Of a stretch of DNA of 64,000 bases, positions 1-11,220 are shown in pieces. Below the pieces are notes generated by a model. It did not search any database, was not told the DNA's origin, and saw only the letters and a program-made list of their open reading frames with translations. Positions within the stretch are counted from its first letter, which is position 1. Each line of letters opens with the position of its first letter. Both the position numbers and the translations under genes were made by a program. The stretch comes from Haplodiscus bocki (Eukaryota): positions 56,668,001 through 56,732,000 of the forward strand of contig OZ296652.1 of assembly GCA_965655095.1 (NCBI GenBank). Reading direction: 5' to 3'.

Positions 1-62
1 ATGAAGCCTTACTAAAAAAGACAGAGTTAACTTTGAAAGAAAGTAAAGATGTTATGAAAGCC

Positions 63-1310
63 TTAAACTGAAATTAAATCAGAATGTCTGCGTCCATCAC
101 TGCTGATAAAAACTAGTTTATTCGTTAAAACTAAAGCATTACCATATATCCCAGCGGGAACATTTTCAGAAACTTTAAATTCTACATTAATTGGTGCAGC
201 ACTTTCTAAAAGTTTCTGATATCTAATGTCGAAAACGTAAGGATTTTATCCAATATCATTATTATTATTAGGTGATTGAAGATCATTATCAGTTATATAT
301 GGTTCAAGGATATCATCTTTTGTCAGAGCTCTGAACGCTTCTTCAATTTGACCACTTCCTTGAGAATAATAATCATCATCAAAAGTTATTAAAATAGCAA
401 AATCAGGAGATTTTTTTGTCCCAATAATGCATTGAGCGCTTGTTATTGGAGGTTTATAAAACATATCCTTGCTAAGGTTCTGTGAATCTTGCCTATCTGT
501 TTGTTGAAAACCTACACTATTCCATATTGGAACTTTATTTCCTTCTTGAGCTCCCAACTCCAAAGTCCATAATTTCTCAGTATTCATTTCTTTCATAAAA
601 ACAGATCTCTCCACATATTGAGAATCTGTGGGTGTTTTACTTAAGATTTGCTTAGATAACCTGGCTTATTGGGGAATTGATGGAATATAATGTGCTACCT
701 ACAACTCAATAGCAATAATTTTAATTGTAGCATTGTTGATGGCGTTATCTTTATTCAAAACAGAATTATCATTTTTCCCTGTTATTGTTAGTTTATATCC
801 TAATCCATAAGTAGCCTTTTCTTGATGTTCAGCAAAGCCGAACACATCTTCAAGCAAAATTTTAACATGCTTTTTTACTTTTATATTTTTGTTATTAGTT
901 AACTCACGTTGTCTTCTTTCACAATCACGATCAAAAGCAATAGACAAATCATCAGTACCTTTAGCACTAGTTATTAGTTTATAGATTATCGAAAGTATGT
1001 GAGCATGCGTAATATCTTCTAGATGTTTTCTTGAAATAGTTGTTAACATATAATTACTAAATAAAGCAACCGGACCTAAATTAACTAACGTTTTATCATT
1101 ATCATCTGCATCTCTGTTACCAGTATCAGCACGTAATATATCAAAATTTAAATCAAGATAACTATTCAACAGAGAAATATCAGACACTTCTCTAGGTAAA
1201 TTAAATTATACTGGAGAATTTGCAGTGTTTATTTCTGATGGTGAATACCTAATATAATCACATTTCAAAATGTTTCCATTAACTTCATATTTTTCATTCA
1301 GTTTAAACAT
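63..1310 (-). pseudogene. Major capsid protein (double jelly-roll), Polinton-like
   Basis: ATG at 1308-1310 gives MFKLNEKYEVNGNILKCDYIRYSPSEINT; ORFs 699-1187 and 246-614 continue it (VGFQQTDRQDSQNL...SAQCIIGT...YSQGSGQIEEAF). Reading through the stop at 246 gives YVFDIRYQK...ALVLTNKLVFISSDGRRHSDLISV*. Length (~410 codons) and motifs resemble Polinton MCPs. Confidence 0.75.
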
Positions 1311-1516
1311 TTATGAAGTAAAAAAACAAGTATACGTACAATTATATTTGTGTATACATATATTCATTTGAGTATTCATGTGTATCTATACTTCCACGAA
1401 TGATTACACTTGTGTATACATACAATTATATGAGTATCTATATTTGTGTAAACATACATTTGTATGAGTAAATAAACTTTTTTCTTGCAATTAAAGTTTT
1501 TTGTCTGTGTAATAGA

Positions 1517-2340
1517 TTACATTGAACTAAAATTTGCTTATATTCTTTCTTAGATATGCATTTGTACTCTAATAGGTTATCACTTGTAGCAACGCTTTCA
1601 TCGTTATTTAAGTCTGATTTGTTTCCGGCTTTTTTTTCCTGCAATATTAGCTTTAATCTATCACATATCTCAATGGAATTTTCTGGTAAAAAGTTTGTTG
1701 GAATCCCGAAGCCATTATAGCAGGTGATTCAAGTAATCGTCTAAGAGATCTATCTCCAGTACTTTTATTACCTGCAGCTTTCATCTCAAAATACATTTGC
1801 TTTGCAAAACCATACATTAATTTTTTATCCGATAAACTAGCAAAATCTACATTATAGTTTTTATTAGTTATCTTTTTCTAAAGATCTCCTTTCAGTCCGA
1901 AATTTTACCTGTATTACGAAATGTCAACAAATTTTTACAGGGAATGATTGCTTTTCTATTGTGTATTAGCAAATCATTGACTCTATTTGAATTAAGAATT
2001 TTTTTACTATATTGAATTGGCTAGTGTTTTCAGGACTAGTGACTTTAGATAGAGGAGACATCGAATAGGTGGCTGATATACCCCAACCATTCTTTATTTC
2101 TAAAAGTTGTCGGTTAAATTATCTAATGTTTTGTTGCTTTTAATAGAAGATTCAGCCAAAGTTTTCGTCAAATATTCAAAGGAATTTTTATTGTATCAGT
2201 AAGTGGTTCAATCAATTGTTTTGTATCCTCATGATAGTTCTGTTTTCTTAGTTTGTCTTGTGATCGAAATTCATCTACTTGGTTTTGTAATCAAGCCAGT
2301 TGTTCTAATTTGTCTAAATCACCTCTAGTTTTAATTGGAA
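1517..2340 (-). pseudogene. Conserved Polinton-type hypothetical protein (fragmented)
   Basis: C-terminal segment reads CDRLKLILQEKKAGNKSDLNNDESVATSDNLLEYKCISKK, resembling the 'DRL.LL...K.AGN' tail recurrent in Polinton hypothetical ORFs. The upstream part is frameshifted and boundaries are approximate. Confidence 0.5.
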
Positions 2341-2960
2341 ACAACATTTAAAAAACCAAAAAGCTTCAGTTTCACATATACCTTCATTATAAGTGTCTTT
2401 GTTTTCATTGAAAATACTGCATTTACCTGCTTTTTTAATTTTAGTCATATCAATATATAGATAGTAAAAATTTTCACTCCAAGCTTTACGACACATCTCT
2501 TTAGTTTTTCTATATTCTATATCATAAGCCCCAATATCTCTATACAAACTTTCAACACCCCATAAGCTTTGTTTGAAGAGTATTTTTCTATCACGGTTAT
2601 TTCTAATGCTTTGTCTTGGTAAACCAAAATAGCTTTGACTAATGTAATACACGTCTAAAATTTCATGTCCCCCTCTTATGAAAAATTCATTTTTCCGCGA
2701 ACTGTTTCAAGCTTCGAACATATCATCAAAAACAGCAAAATAACAATTTATAGTTCGTATTTATCTATTGGTTTGATTTCAATACCTGTTTTACAATTTG
2801 GATATTGGTTGGGTGATGGGGTTCTTATACGAATGGGTCCTTTGTTACCTAATTTTTGTAGTATTATTAACATTTAATAAATTTTACCAACGTTGCTTGG
2901 GCCTATGACAACATGACGATGATTTCCATATGCTGGAACACTGAGGTTGTTACCTTGCTT
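2314..2960 (-). pseudogene. A32/FtsK-HerA-type genome packaging ATPase
   Basis: Walker A HVVIGPSNVGK (~2885-2918), Walker B FAVFDDM (~2720-2740), arginine-finger-like FFIRGGH (canonical RGRH) and YYISQSYFGLPRQSIRNN (ORF 2314-2652); interrupted by stops and frameshifts. Confidence 0.85.
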
Positions 2961-3215
2961 TTGTTTCTGCGGAAGAATATATTTATTGTTAACATTTTTA
3001 TTGTTATTAGGTTCAGATTCGCTCAGTTGATGTTCTTGCCCAATAAGGCTAGTCAACCATTTTTTAGTAGGAAAACTTTCCACATATCTCACATATGAAG
3101 TTTTTATTTAAACAATCTTTACATTTAATTTCCATTTTTCTATGAAAATTACTTTCATCTAAATTTTTCCCACACTCAATACTCAATACAGAGAAAGGTC
3201 ATTAAGAATTTTAAC

Positions 3216-3288
3216 TTCTAGGAATTCTAAGTTTTAGGAATTCTAGGTTCTAGGACTTCTACGTTCTAGGACTTTTAGGAAATCTAAG
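3216..3288. repeat. Short imperfect tandem repeat (~17-bp unit, TTCTAGGAATTCTAAG-like, ~4 copies)
   Basis: tctaggaattctaag / ttttaggaattctagg / ttctaggacttctacg / ttctaggacttttagg read directly. Confidence 0.7.
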
Positions 3289-3639
3289 ATTCCGTCTGAA
3301 GTTTCAGGTTCGATTGTCATTGTTATTGTTATCAACACTTTCGGTTTTCGATTATGGTGTGAAATGTCATTGTTGCTTTTTCTTCTATTCTTATTATAAC
3401 AGGTTTTGCAAACCGTTCTGCTTCAAGTAGTTAACTACATGTAATTTCATGTTACACACAGTACAATTTTTATTGTAATTCTAATATATTACGGAAAAGT
3501 TCACATGTTATTGAAACAGAACAGGTCTAAATTCTCGGTTCTAGGTTATTTTTCAATTTATTGTTACTGAAAAACTTTAAATTTATTTTTAAGTTCATAT
3601 TTATAAAAAAGATTCATTTTAAGTTTCATGCAAACATTT

Positions 3640-4135
3640 AGTAAAAATATTACATAAAGAAGCCTATTCATTTATATCAATTACGTTATGTTGTAAAGAT
3701 TTCCGATATAATTAATCGAAAATTTTTATCGTTCGTTGATCTTTTTCGTATTGATTTTTGTATTCATTTTATTTATTTATGATTAACTTCTGTAATACTT
3801 TGTTACCTAATGATAGGGCACACGCAATTCCAGCTGATTTTGGTAAACCAAGACCAATAACTGATAGAGTTTTTGAATTTGATGTTGCTCCAGTACTAAT
3901 AATCGTGTCTACTGATTCTAAAATTGTGTTGAAATTTTTGAAATTTTTATATTTCTTTTTGGATTTGTTATTTTTGTCTTTGAAGTATGTGATCATTTCT
4001 TTACAGTTGCTGATATGGTTATTAAAACTGTTGACATCATTCAATCTCTTTTCTAATCATTGTTGTAAATCATTGTTTTCTAATGGTGCTGATGGGTATA
4101 GTCTGTTTGTTCTTTGCTCCAATTAGATGGTATAA
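3640..4135 (-). pseudogene. Small basic protein with hydrophobic segment (Polinton-type, putatively membrane-associated)
   Basis: ORF 3769-4044: KEMITYFKDKNNKSKKKYKNFK followed by Gly/Ala-rich hydrophobic TLSVIGLGLPKSAGIACALSLG; lies within the viral gene run. Boundaries approximate. Confidence 0.5.
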
Positions 4136-4137
4136 CA

Positions 4138-4550
4138 TTAAACGAATGGTGGCAAATACAATCCCTTTCCTGTATGATAAAAATTTCTTACTTCAGATAA
4201 TGATGTTAAAGCTGCTTTCGGACTCCGAGATGCAAATGCAGTACCAACGTTTGCTCCAATTTCGAGAACTCGTCCAGGATTTTTTAAAATCGTTTTTGCC
4301 ATCTTTTTTGATACATTAGGTGCTTTTTTACCTAAATTCTTGGAAAGTCACCAAGTCCTCCAACTTGTATTCTAATTTAACAAACAATCATTGATTTTTA
4401 TCTAATACAAATCGAACATTGCCCAACTCATAACTTAGTCTCTCAACCAGTTTTTACATTAAATGTTATCTCACCAACAATGTATTTTGTACCAGAGTAG
4501 TGTTTTTGACTAACGCAATAGCTCTTAGTTTTCAATTTTTGAAAGCTCAT
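4138..4550 (-). pseudogene. Putative virion core protein with Cys pair region and C-terminal GKGLYL motif
   Basis: Manual translation: MSFQKLKTKSYCV...GQCSIC...(frameshift) NLGKKAPNVSKKMAKTILKNPGRVLEIGANVGTAFASRSPKAALTSLSEVRNFYHTGKGLYLPPFV*. Not in the ORF track. Confidence 0.55.
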
Positions 4551-5662
4551 TTAGTGGTTCAGATTTTCATCAACTGTAATGTAAAACTTCCAAGTTTCTC
4601 CATTAAATCTAACTTCTTGATGATTATCACCTTCTGAATAAAACGTTATAGTTTTCCAAACAAATTTCTTTATTTTTCCATAAAGAAGTGTTTCAGGCTC
4701 ACAAAATACTTTCTCTTTGCTTGGTTTTTCCAAAATAAAACTAAATAGAATTTGTTGTGTTAAACCCTTGACTACGCTGCTATCGATGACGTCCCAGCTC
4801 AAGTGGTTTTTATCTTTTGTACTTAAATGTATTTTTTTTCACTAGTTTAAACACCAGGACTATCAGCATCGATGGCATTAGTAGGCTTATAATCCCAAAA
4901 CAGTGTAAAACCTAATAAAGTAATAAAAACGATTTGTCATCAAATATTACCGTTCTGAAAACTCCAGCTCAACGAGTTGAATTAAGATTTGTTTTCAAAG
5001 TAACATCATCATATTCATTTTTTAGGGTTCCTTCGTGATCACCCATGGTGTATACAGCCTCTGCAACATCTTTAATTGAGTAAACGCCAAGTACTTTTTC
5101 AGAAGTGACAAAATTCGATTTATAGTGTATTAAAATTTTTTGAATATCATCTTCATCTAAACCAACTACAATTCCAAGATAACTTTCGAAATCTCGAAAT
5201 GGAGATCGCGCATAACCCATTAATAAAAAAATATAACCATCAGTCTTTGATTTTTCTGATCTTTAATTTCTTAAATCCTGCAATAATACGCGGTCCTATT
5301 TTTTCATGTTGGAGGTGACATGGTGCAATATCTGAAATATTAAGGATTTCCTCAAGTTCATCTTGTAATTCTTCAAACGAAAACTCATCAAAATTGTCTG
5401 TATAAAGTTCAAATTTATTATTTGTTGTGTTTACATTAAAAATTGAATTATACACCTCTAATGTGGTTGATCTTTTCACCCCGGATCCTTCAATTGAGAT
5501 TGGTGGATCAAAATGAAATGTTTTTCTTGATTTGGTGACTTTAAATTCTAATGTTTCTTCTGGTTTTGTGTGAGTTTGTTTAGTAAGCGTTTCTTAATTT
5601 TTAGTAATTGATAGTAATTATTCTTTTGTTTCATTTTTAGGTGGATTCATATTTAGGTTCAT
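4551..5662 (-). pseudogene. Minor capsid (penton)-like protein, paralogue 2
   Basis: Fragments QTHTKPEETLEFK..FHFDPPISIEGS..TTLEVYNSIFNVNTTNNKF, ORF 4969-5220, and ORF 4551-4802 (DVIDSSVVKGLTQQILFSFILEKPS..FCEP..ITFYSEGDNHQEVRFNGET). Confidence 0.6.
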
Positions 5663-5669
5663 TTGTTTA

Positions 5670-6753
5670 TTATATTTCAATTAGTTGACAAGTAAAACTT
5701 ATAGTTTCTCCATTAAAATCAACGGGTTTGTGATCATCATCTTCTAAATAAAATGCTATATGAGACAGGACAGAATTATTTATTCTTTTAAAAAGACTAA
5801 TTTTGGGTTCTTCAAATATTTTAAGTCCTGGTGGCGAAGTGAGACCAAAGCTATATAAAATAGGTTCTCTAACACCATTTACAATACTACCAATAATACA
5901 ATCATATTTTAGATGAATTTTATCGACTCCAAGAGTATTAATAGGTTAATCGCTTTTATATGATCCAGGAATCAGTTGAACAGAACCTGGAAAATCACCT
6001 AATACTCCTAAGTGTGATTCCGTAAAACCTAGTATTGTATAAATAAGAGATTTTCTAGTAAACCTTATTGTTTTAATAGTGGTTGAATTTGTTTTTAGTC
6101 TGACGTCATCAATTTTAATATTTACTTTTATCCTTTATCATCAGGAAGTAAAGACTTTAACATCAAATTATTATCACTGATTTCATATATTCCTGGTGGT
6201 GATGTATATCCAATAGTTAATCCAGCAATATAATAGCATCCAAAATGTCTGCAAATTTGTCGTAGGTCAATTCTAATCTATAGACCACATCTTCTAAGTC
6301 TCTATATTTTATTCTTTTTGATTCTGAAAGAATTTTAATTTTAAAATGATTAAAACGTGCCAAATTATAACCACTGTTTTCTATTTCCTTTCGAGTGCCT
6401 CTTTTTTCAACTCCTTTTACATGTAATTCGAAATCGTTTTCAGATCTAATTTCTAATAATTTTTTTATGTTGTTAACAAATTTTTCACCATCCCGTGGAG
6501 ACCAATGACCTGGTGTTGAACTTGAAAAACTATTGTTTTCATTGGTTATGTTAAATACAGAATTGGTTGCTTCAAAAGAAGTCACTGCTAGTAACCATTT
6601 ACCTTCTTCAAATAAGTTTTTTGGAGGATTAAACGAATAAGATTCCGCTTGCTTATTCCTTTTAATTTCGAGTGTCTCTTGTGGTTTTGTTTTTGTTTGT
6701 TCATATAACGAATCTGTATGCTTTTTATTCAAAAATATTAATTCAATTTTCAT
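5670..6753 (-). pseudogene. Minor capsid (penton)-like protein, paralogue 1
   Basis: ORF 6217-6753 (QTKTKPQETLEIK..FNPP..EGKW..TSFEATNSVFNITNENNSF) plus manually translated C-terminus VDKIHLKYDCIIGSIVNGVREPILYSFGLTSPPGLKIFEEP..IAFYLEDDDHKPVDFNGETISFTCQLIEI*, resembling Polinton minor capsid C-termini. Confidence 0.65.
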
Positions 6754-6964
6754 TTAAGAATTCTAAATCCTTCTCCTGTTATGTAATCTTTAATGAAGTT
6801 TTTCTGCTTTGTGAAGTGTTTTTTGTTTTTTAGGAAGTGAATTATTCTTCATCGTCTTTGCTTTGATATCTCCTAAAACAGATTAAATTTGTTCACTTTT
6901 TGGGGTATATTTTACGTTAGTACTAATAGTGATTGTTCTTAATGTCATTTGTTTAAAGAAAACG

Positions 6965-7370
6965 TCAACAAAATTGTATCATTTGATAGTATAATTTCAA
7001 AACAGCAGAATTAAAGTACATTTCCAAGTCCTTTGTCAAGTAACTTATATATAAACAATAATTTGCACAAGGAGAATCTCGTTTACTTCTCAGACCTTGT
7101 ATTTTGTGTTCAGAATACAAACAATATCCATTTCATTTTATAATAAATTTAGATAGTTTTTGAGGAGGATAGCAAACATAGGAATCAAAATAACTTTCGT
7201 TTATGTATGCAATCTAAAGTGTTCTGTTTTTGGGTGTAAATTAACAATTCCTATATCGCGTACCATCTCATAGATATATACAAACATTGTCTAATCCAAT
7301 AGATGAAAGGAGTTGTTGAATTTTTATATTTGATTTAGCTTTATTTTTCAAATGGTATTTATGAGAAAAG
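6965..7370 (-). pseudogene. Adenain-like (Ulp1/CE clan) cysteine protease
   Basis: GIVNLHPKTEH..IAYINESYFDSYVCYPP..YSEHKIQG..DSPCANYCLY shows the His, FDS(Y/F)G-like Asp, Gln and Cys order of Polinton maturation proteases; frameshifted at the His motif. Confidence 0.75.
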
Positions 7371-7379
7371 CATTGAATG

Positions 7380-8150
7380 ACAGCATTTACTTCCTCTAAA
7401 CAGGCTACTCTTCTTGTAACAAACCCAAAGTTTTTAAAAACTTTATCAGCATTGGGAAAATTATCAAACAGACCTTTGTCATAGAGTATTTGAATAGTCG
7501 TTTTCACATCTCTCTGAATTAAAATTTCTTCCACAGATTGTTTGTTGTAGTGTAAGTTAAATTCGTTGTAATTTTTTCCAAAAACGATAAATGACCATCT
7601 GTTTCAGACAATTTTTCGTCTAAATAAGCTTTGTTATTAACATCTTCATCATTTGAAGGTTCAAAGCGTGTTGTTAGTTTTTCATCTTTTTTATAAGTAT
7701 CATGTACTGCGAGTTTTAATTGGTTAATACTTTCATCTGGCACTTTAGCTTCTTCAGAGACGATGTTATCGAATTTTGATTGCCATCTTTTGTTATAAGA
7801 TACATTTATTTAATGTTTGCCATCTGTTTTTTCTTTCTAGACGTAATTAAATTTTCTCTTTTCTCATCATCCATCTGTTTTAATAGTTTTGCTTTATATT
7901 CTTCCAAGCAAGTTCATCGTAACTTCTTTCTTTTCAAAGCATTCTTTTGTAAATAATCAGCATATGTCATCACCCTTCAGATGAAAAGCTTTTTTAATAG
8001 CAGCCATCAGCGAAACTAATTGTTCGCCTTTTTTGGCTTGCGTTGCTAGAGATTGAGAGTTGAATTCTTTTAAATCTTGTACTGTGTTGCTTCTTACTGT
8101 TTGATCATTAGAGATAATTTGCATGGCCGATGCCATTTAGAAGTTATTAT
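7380..8150 (-). pseudogene. Fragmented hypothetical viral ORFs
   Basis: ORFs 7519-7743 and 7268-7534 join by frameshift (INQLKLAVHDTYKKDEKL...EEILIQRDVKTTIQILYDKGLFD); a further decayed frame extends to ~8150. Confidence 0.4.
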
Positions 8151-8287
8151 TTTGAAGAATATGATCTAAAAATTTATCGTTTGGAATTTGATCTAAAGAT
8201 CTATCGTTAATTTCAATTTTCCACCACCTTTCAATTTGTTTTTGTTAGGTTCATTCGTTCCAATATTTGGAGAGGATTCTTTTGAGG

Positions 8288-8600
8288 TCAATTGAGGTCA
8301 TTTGAGGTCATTTGCTGTCTTTCGAAGTCGTTTTCACGATTAGAAATCTTTTGTTTTCTTTTGTGGTTATCAGGTGGGATTCTATAAGGTGAAAACATAA
8401 TTACCTTTTGTCTATATAGTTGCAGAGAACTTGACCAGCCTAATTCTTTAGCTACTTGATCTTGTCCTAATTTTGAGTTAACAGATGTTATTCCCATAAA
8501 TTTAACCATCGGATCAAGTTCATACTGTCGCAAAATTAGATTACTATCAAGATTACCTGTTGGGATATTTGTTGTAAAGAAAAAGGGCTCTTATTCATTT
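8288..8600 (-). pseudogene. Small helix-turn-helix protein
   Basis: LGQDQVAKELGWSSSLQLYR resembles an HTH; C-terminus contains 10-bp ATGACCTCAA repeats (8283-8313). Confidence 0.5.
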
Positions 8601-8717
8601 GGATATTTAAATAAAAGAAAAAATAAAACTAAAGCCACGATAATAGTAAATTAGTAATATTAGTTTCAAAATATGTATTTTGCTTCGTTGTGCTATCGAC
8701 AAAATTAACAAAATCTT

Positions 8718-8996
8718 CTAGTAACTTCGTTTAATGTTTGTTTTATAGTAATAGTATTTTGATGATGTTGAATTACTTGTATTAATTAAATGTTGTCTTT
8801 CACGGAAATTGTTTATATGAGTTTGTGATTTCTGATGGTTGTTATGATATCTATCCATTGCTAATTTATCACAAACATGACAATAAATTCTGTATTCACC
8901 ATCCTTATCACAAAATATTTTCTGTTTCTTATCATTATCCGTTTTTTTTTGGTTAAAATTATTCCAATTTATCGTATATTCAACAGATTTTACCAT
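8718..8996 (-). CDS. Small zinc-finger protein (C2H2/U1-like), possibly decayed
   Basis: YCHVCDKLAMDRYHNNHQKSQTH = CxxC...HxxxxxH in a 92-aa ORF. Confidence 0.5.
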   Translation of the reverse strand: MVKSVEYTINWNNFNQKKTDNDKKQKIFCDKDGEYRIYCHVCDKLAMDRYHNNHQKSQTHINNFRERQHLINTSNSTSSKYYYYKTNIKRSY

Positions 8997-9009
8997 TGAA
9001 TGTCTTTTT

Positions 9010-9615
9010 AAAAGACCTTCTCAACAATATATAATATGTCGTAATTATTAAAAGTTTGGTATTGACATATACCATGTTTGAGGTTTCAGATGGTATTAGT
9101 TTCAGTTACCGTTTTCGAAAACATTAAAATTGAACAACCCTTTTCAAGACCTTTCTAATGATATATAATATTCCATTTTTACTAAAAAATTTTCATTGAC
9201 ATATCAGTTTTCAGGGTTAGTTTCAGGTTTTTTGTGGTATTAGTTTCAGTCAACGTTTCGGAAAAATTATCATTTAATAACACGTTTCAAGAGCTTTTCA
9301 ACGATATATAATACGTCATCATTATTAAAATTTTTTCATTGACGTATACCATGTTTCAACGTTAGTTTCAGGTGTCAGGTTGTACTAAAGTCAACGTTTC
9401 AGAAAATAATACCATTAATGTCTACACTTCATTACCTTTCTAATGGTATATAACAACCAACTATTACTTAAAGTTTTTCATTCACATACCATGTTTGAGT
9501 GTATAGACTCAGTGTTTTTGGGTTTTTCCAATGGTAAGGTTTCAGTTGATGTTTTCGAAAATATCATAGTCGGATAGAACTTTTTAGGACCTTTCTAATG
9601 GTTTAATATACTTTT
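9010..9615. repeat. Diverged ~135-155-bp tandem repeat, ~4.3 copies (subterminal)
   Basis: Motif gacctttctaatgatatataat..ttttcattgacatataccatgttt..tagtttcag..cgtttcgaaaa recurs at ~9013, 9147, 9289, 9433 and 9587. Confidence 0.75.
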
Positions 9616-9867
9616 CTAGAGCTCAAATATTCGTTGATTTCTTGATCTGTATATACTGTGAGAAATTCTGAATGGAAATACAAATATTTCCACATGATTG
9701 AATTTTTAATTAACTTTTATCACTTTGATCTTTTTCAAAATTACTTTTCTGGAAAACTTCAATAGTTCTGAATCTCAAACTTTCAGAATAAACAATTTAT
9801 GGTAAGATCTATCGACTGGCATCGAACCCCTGAATGTCAACTTTCACCATGGTAAGATGGTGTGTCC

Positions 9868-10010
9868 TATCCTTAAAAATGTGGAGATATGCTATAATGT
9901 ATAAATCTTGCTAAAACGGACCCTAAAACATGTGGACATATGCTATAATGTATAAATCTCTCTTCAACTGATCCTAAAACATGTAACGATACGATATATT
10001 GTATAAGTAT
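9868..10010. repeat. ~50-bp tandem repeat, 3 copies
   Basis: cc(t)taaaa(c)atgtgga(g/c)atatgctataatgtataaatct occurs twice near-identically, with a third diverged copy. Confidence 0.75.
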
Positions 10011-10400
10011 TTTGCGACAAAGTCACAATAAGAAACATTAAAATTTTTCTTATTTCTCTACTCATTTGAAATGTATGTGGATGAATAATTTAATAACCAC
10101 CTGCTATAAGTTTTTTTTTCAACGGAGATGCTTTTTTTTCAAATGGATGAACTTTTTAAAAACACCAATTCGGTAACCACCTGGTATGTGTATCATTTCG
10201 TTAAGATGGTTTTTCATATGGATGAATTTTTAAATTAGTGGAGAGGAAAAATGATTAATTTTTTATTAGTGCAGAAAAGAAAAACTGAAGGGAGAGGTAA
10301 ATTTTCAGCGGCAGCTCGACAAAAACTTCACTGTCGTAAAATCTGATTATAGGAAGTAGTTTTGCAAAATACTGTGGTACCGTGATTTAGGTGAGGATTG

Positions 10401-10620
10401 TACCAGTCAAAGTTGGGATCGGATTTGACTGGTAAAAACCACACCTATATAACTATTACTATGCCAGACGTTAATCGAACATCCTAAGAGCGGAGCGAGT
10501 ACGGTAATACCCGTAGGGTCGAACAATAATATAAGTGACCGGAGGGAGGCAAAGGGAACGGCTATTTTGGTACTACTACTAACTAGCTACTGCTACTAGG
10601 CAAGCGAAGCGAGGTTAGTG
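10401..10620. other. Putative Polinton terminus with hairpins
   Basis: Perfect 11-bp stem TACCAGTCAAA(10401-11)/TTTGACTGGTA(10424-34); TACGG/CCGTA stem at 10500-10515; ACTACT runs at 10571-10597 (Polinton ends are typically AGTAGT...ACTACT); GCGAAGC at 10604-10610. Confidence 0.5.
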
Positions 10621-10990
10621 GCAAATCCGGAAAGTAGTATATTGTTCTTGTTTAACTAAACTCATTCCGCTAGTTAAAAGTATAAACCATGTTGAGTTTG
10701 AATGTTCAACATTACTCAAATTTAAGTAAAAATTTTGGCAAGCAACCAATTGAATCCTAAGTGCTCCCACGGTCATTTTCGTTGCCTTCAGATTTTTTTT
10801 GCAAATGCTCTCACTGTTTAGATACTTTTTGAAGAAAAAAATTGACGAGAATCGAAGTTTCTTTCGAGTGAGTTTTTCGAAAGCAACCGAAGACTTCAAA
10901 CCCCAAAAAAGATAAATGCTTTAATTCGAAAGCTCTAATTCTTGGGGTGCTTTGCTGCATCGCATCAATTATCGCGTCGTGAAGCCTTTG

Positions 10991-11220
10991 TGTCATACGA
11001 TTACGTTAACTTTTTAACTTTAAGAAGAAAATCCGACCAGAAAGAATTGCTCGGTTTTCGATGTTTCTAAACACTGATAAACTTTACTTTGTTGTTTGAA
11101 AATTGGATAGTGAATTTTGTTCAAACAGTTGTTGCTAAACTCTGGCTGCAAAAAAAGCTTTGCGTCTTTGAAACAAAAATTCACTTCAGTAGTTGAGAAC
11201 ATAAAATAGCACAGTCAAAA
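10991..11220 (+). repeat. 5' LTR candidate (3' boundary uncertain)
   Basis: Starts TGTCATACGATTACGTTAAC versus TGTCATACGGTTACATAACC at 48310; 11048-11100 aligns ungapped to 48359-48411 at 38/53 identity; similarity continues to ~11220/48530. Confidence 0.65.

Larger units (their letters stand above)
1..10620 (-). mobile_element. Degenerate Polinton/Maverick-like (adintovirus-like) endogenous viral element, structural-gene arm; probably continues left of the window
   Basis: Co-oriented, tightly packed intronless minus-strand pseudogenes for capsid, packaging ATPase, cysteine protease and minor-capsid-like proteins, ending in an ACTACT-rich hairpin region at ~10.4-10.6 kb. Many in-frame stops and frameshifts. 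Confidence 0.85.
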
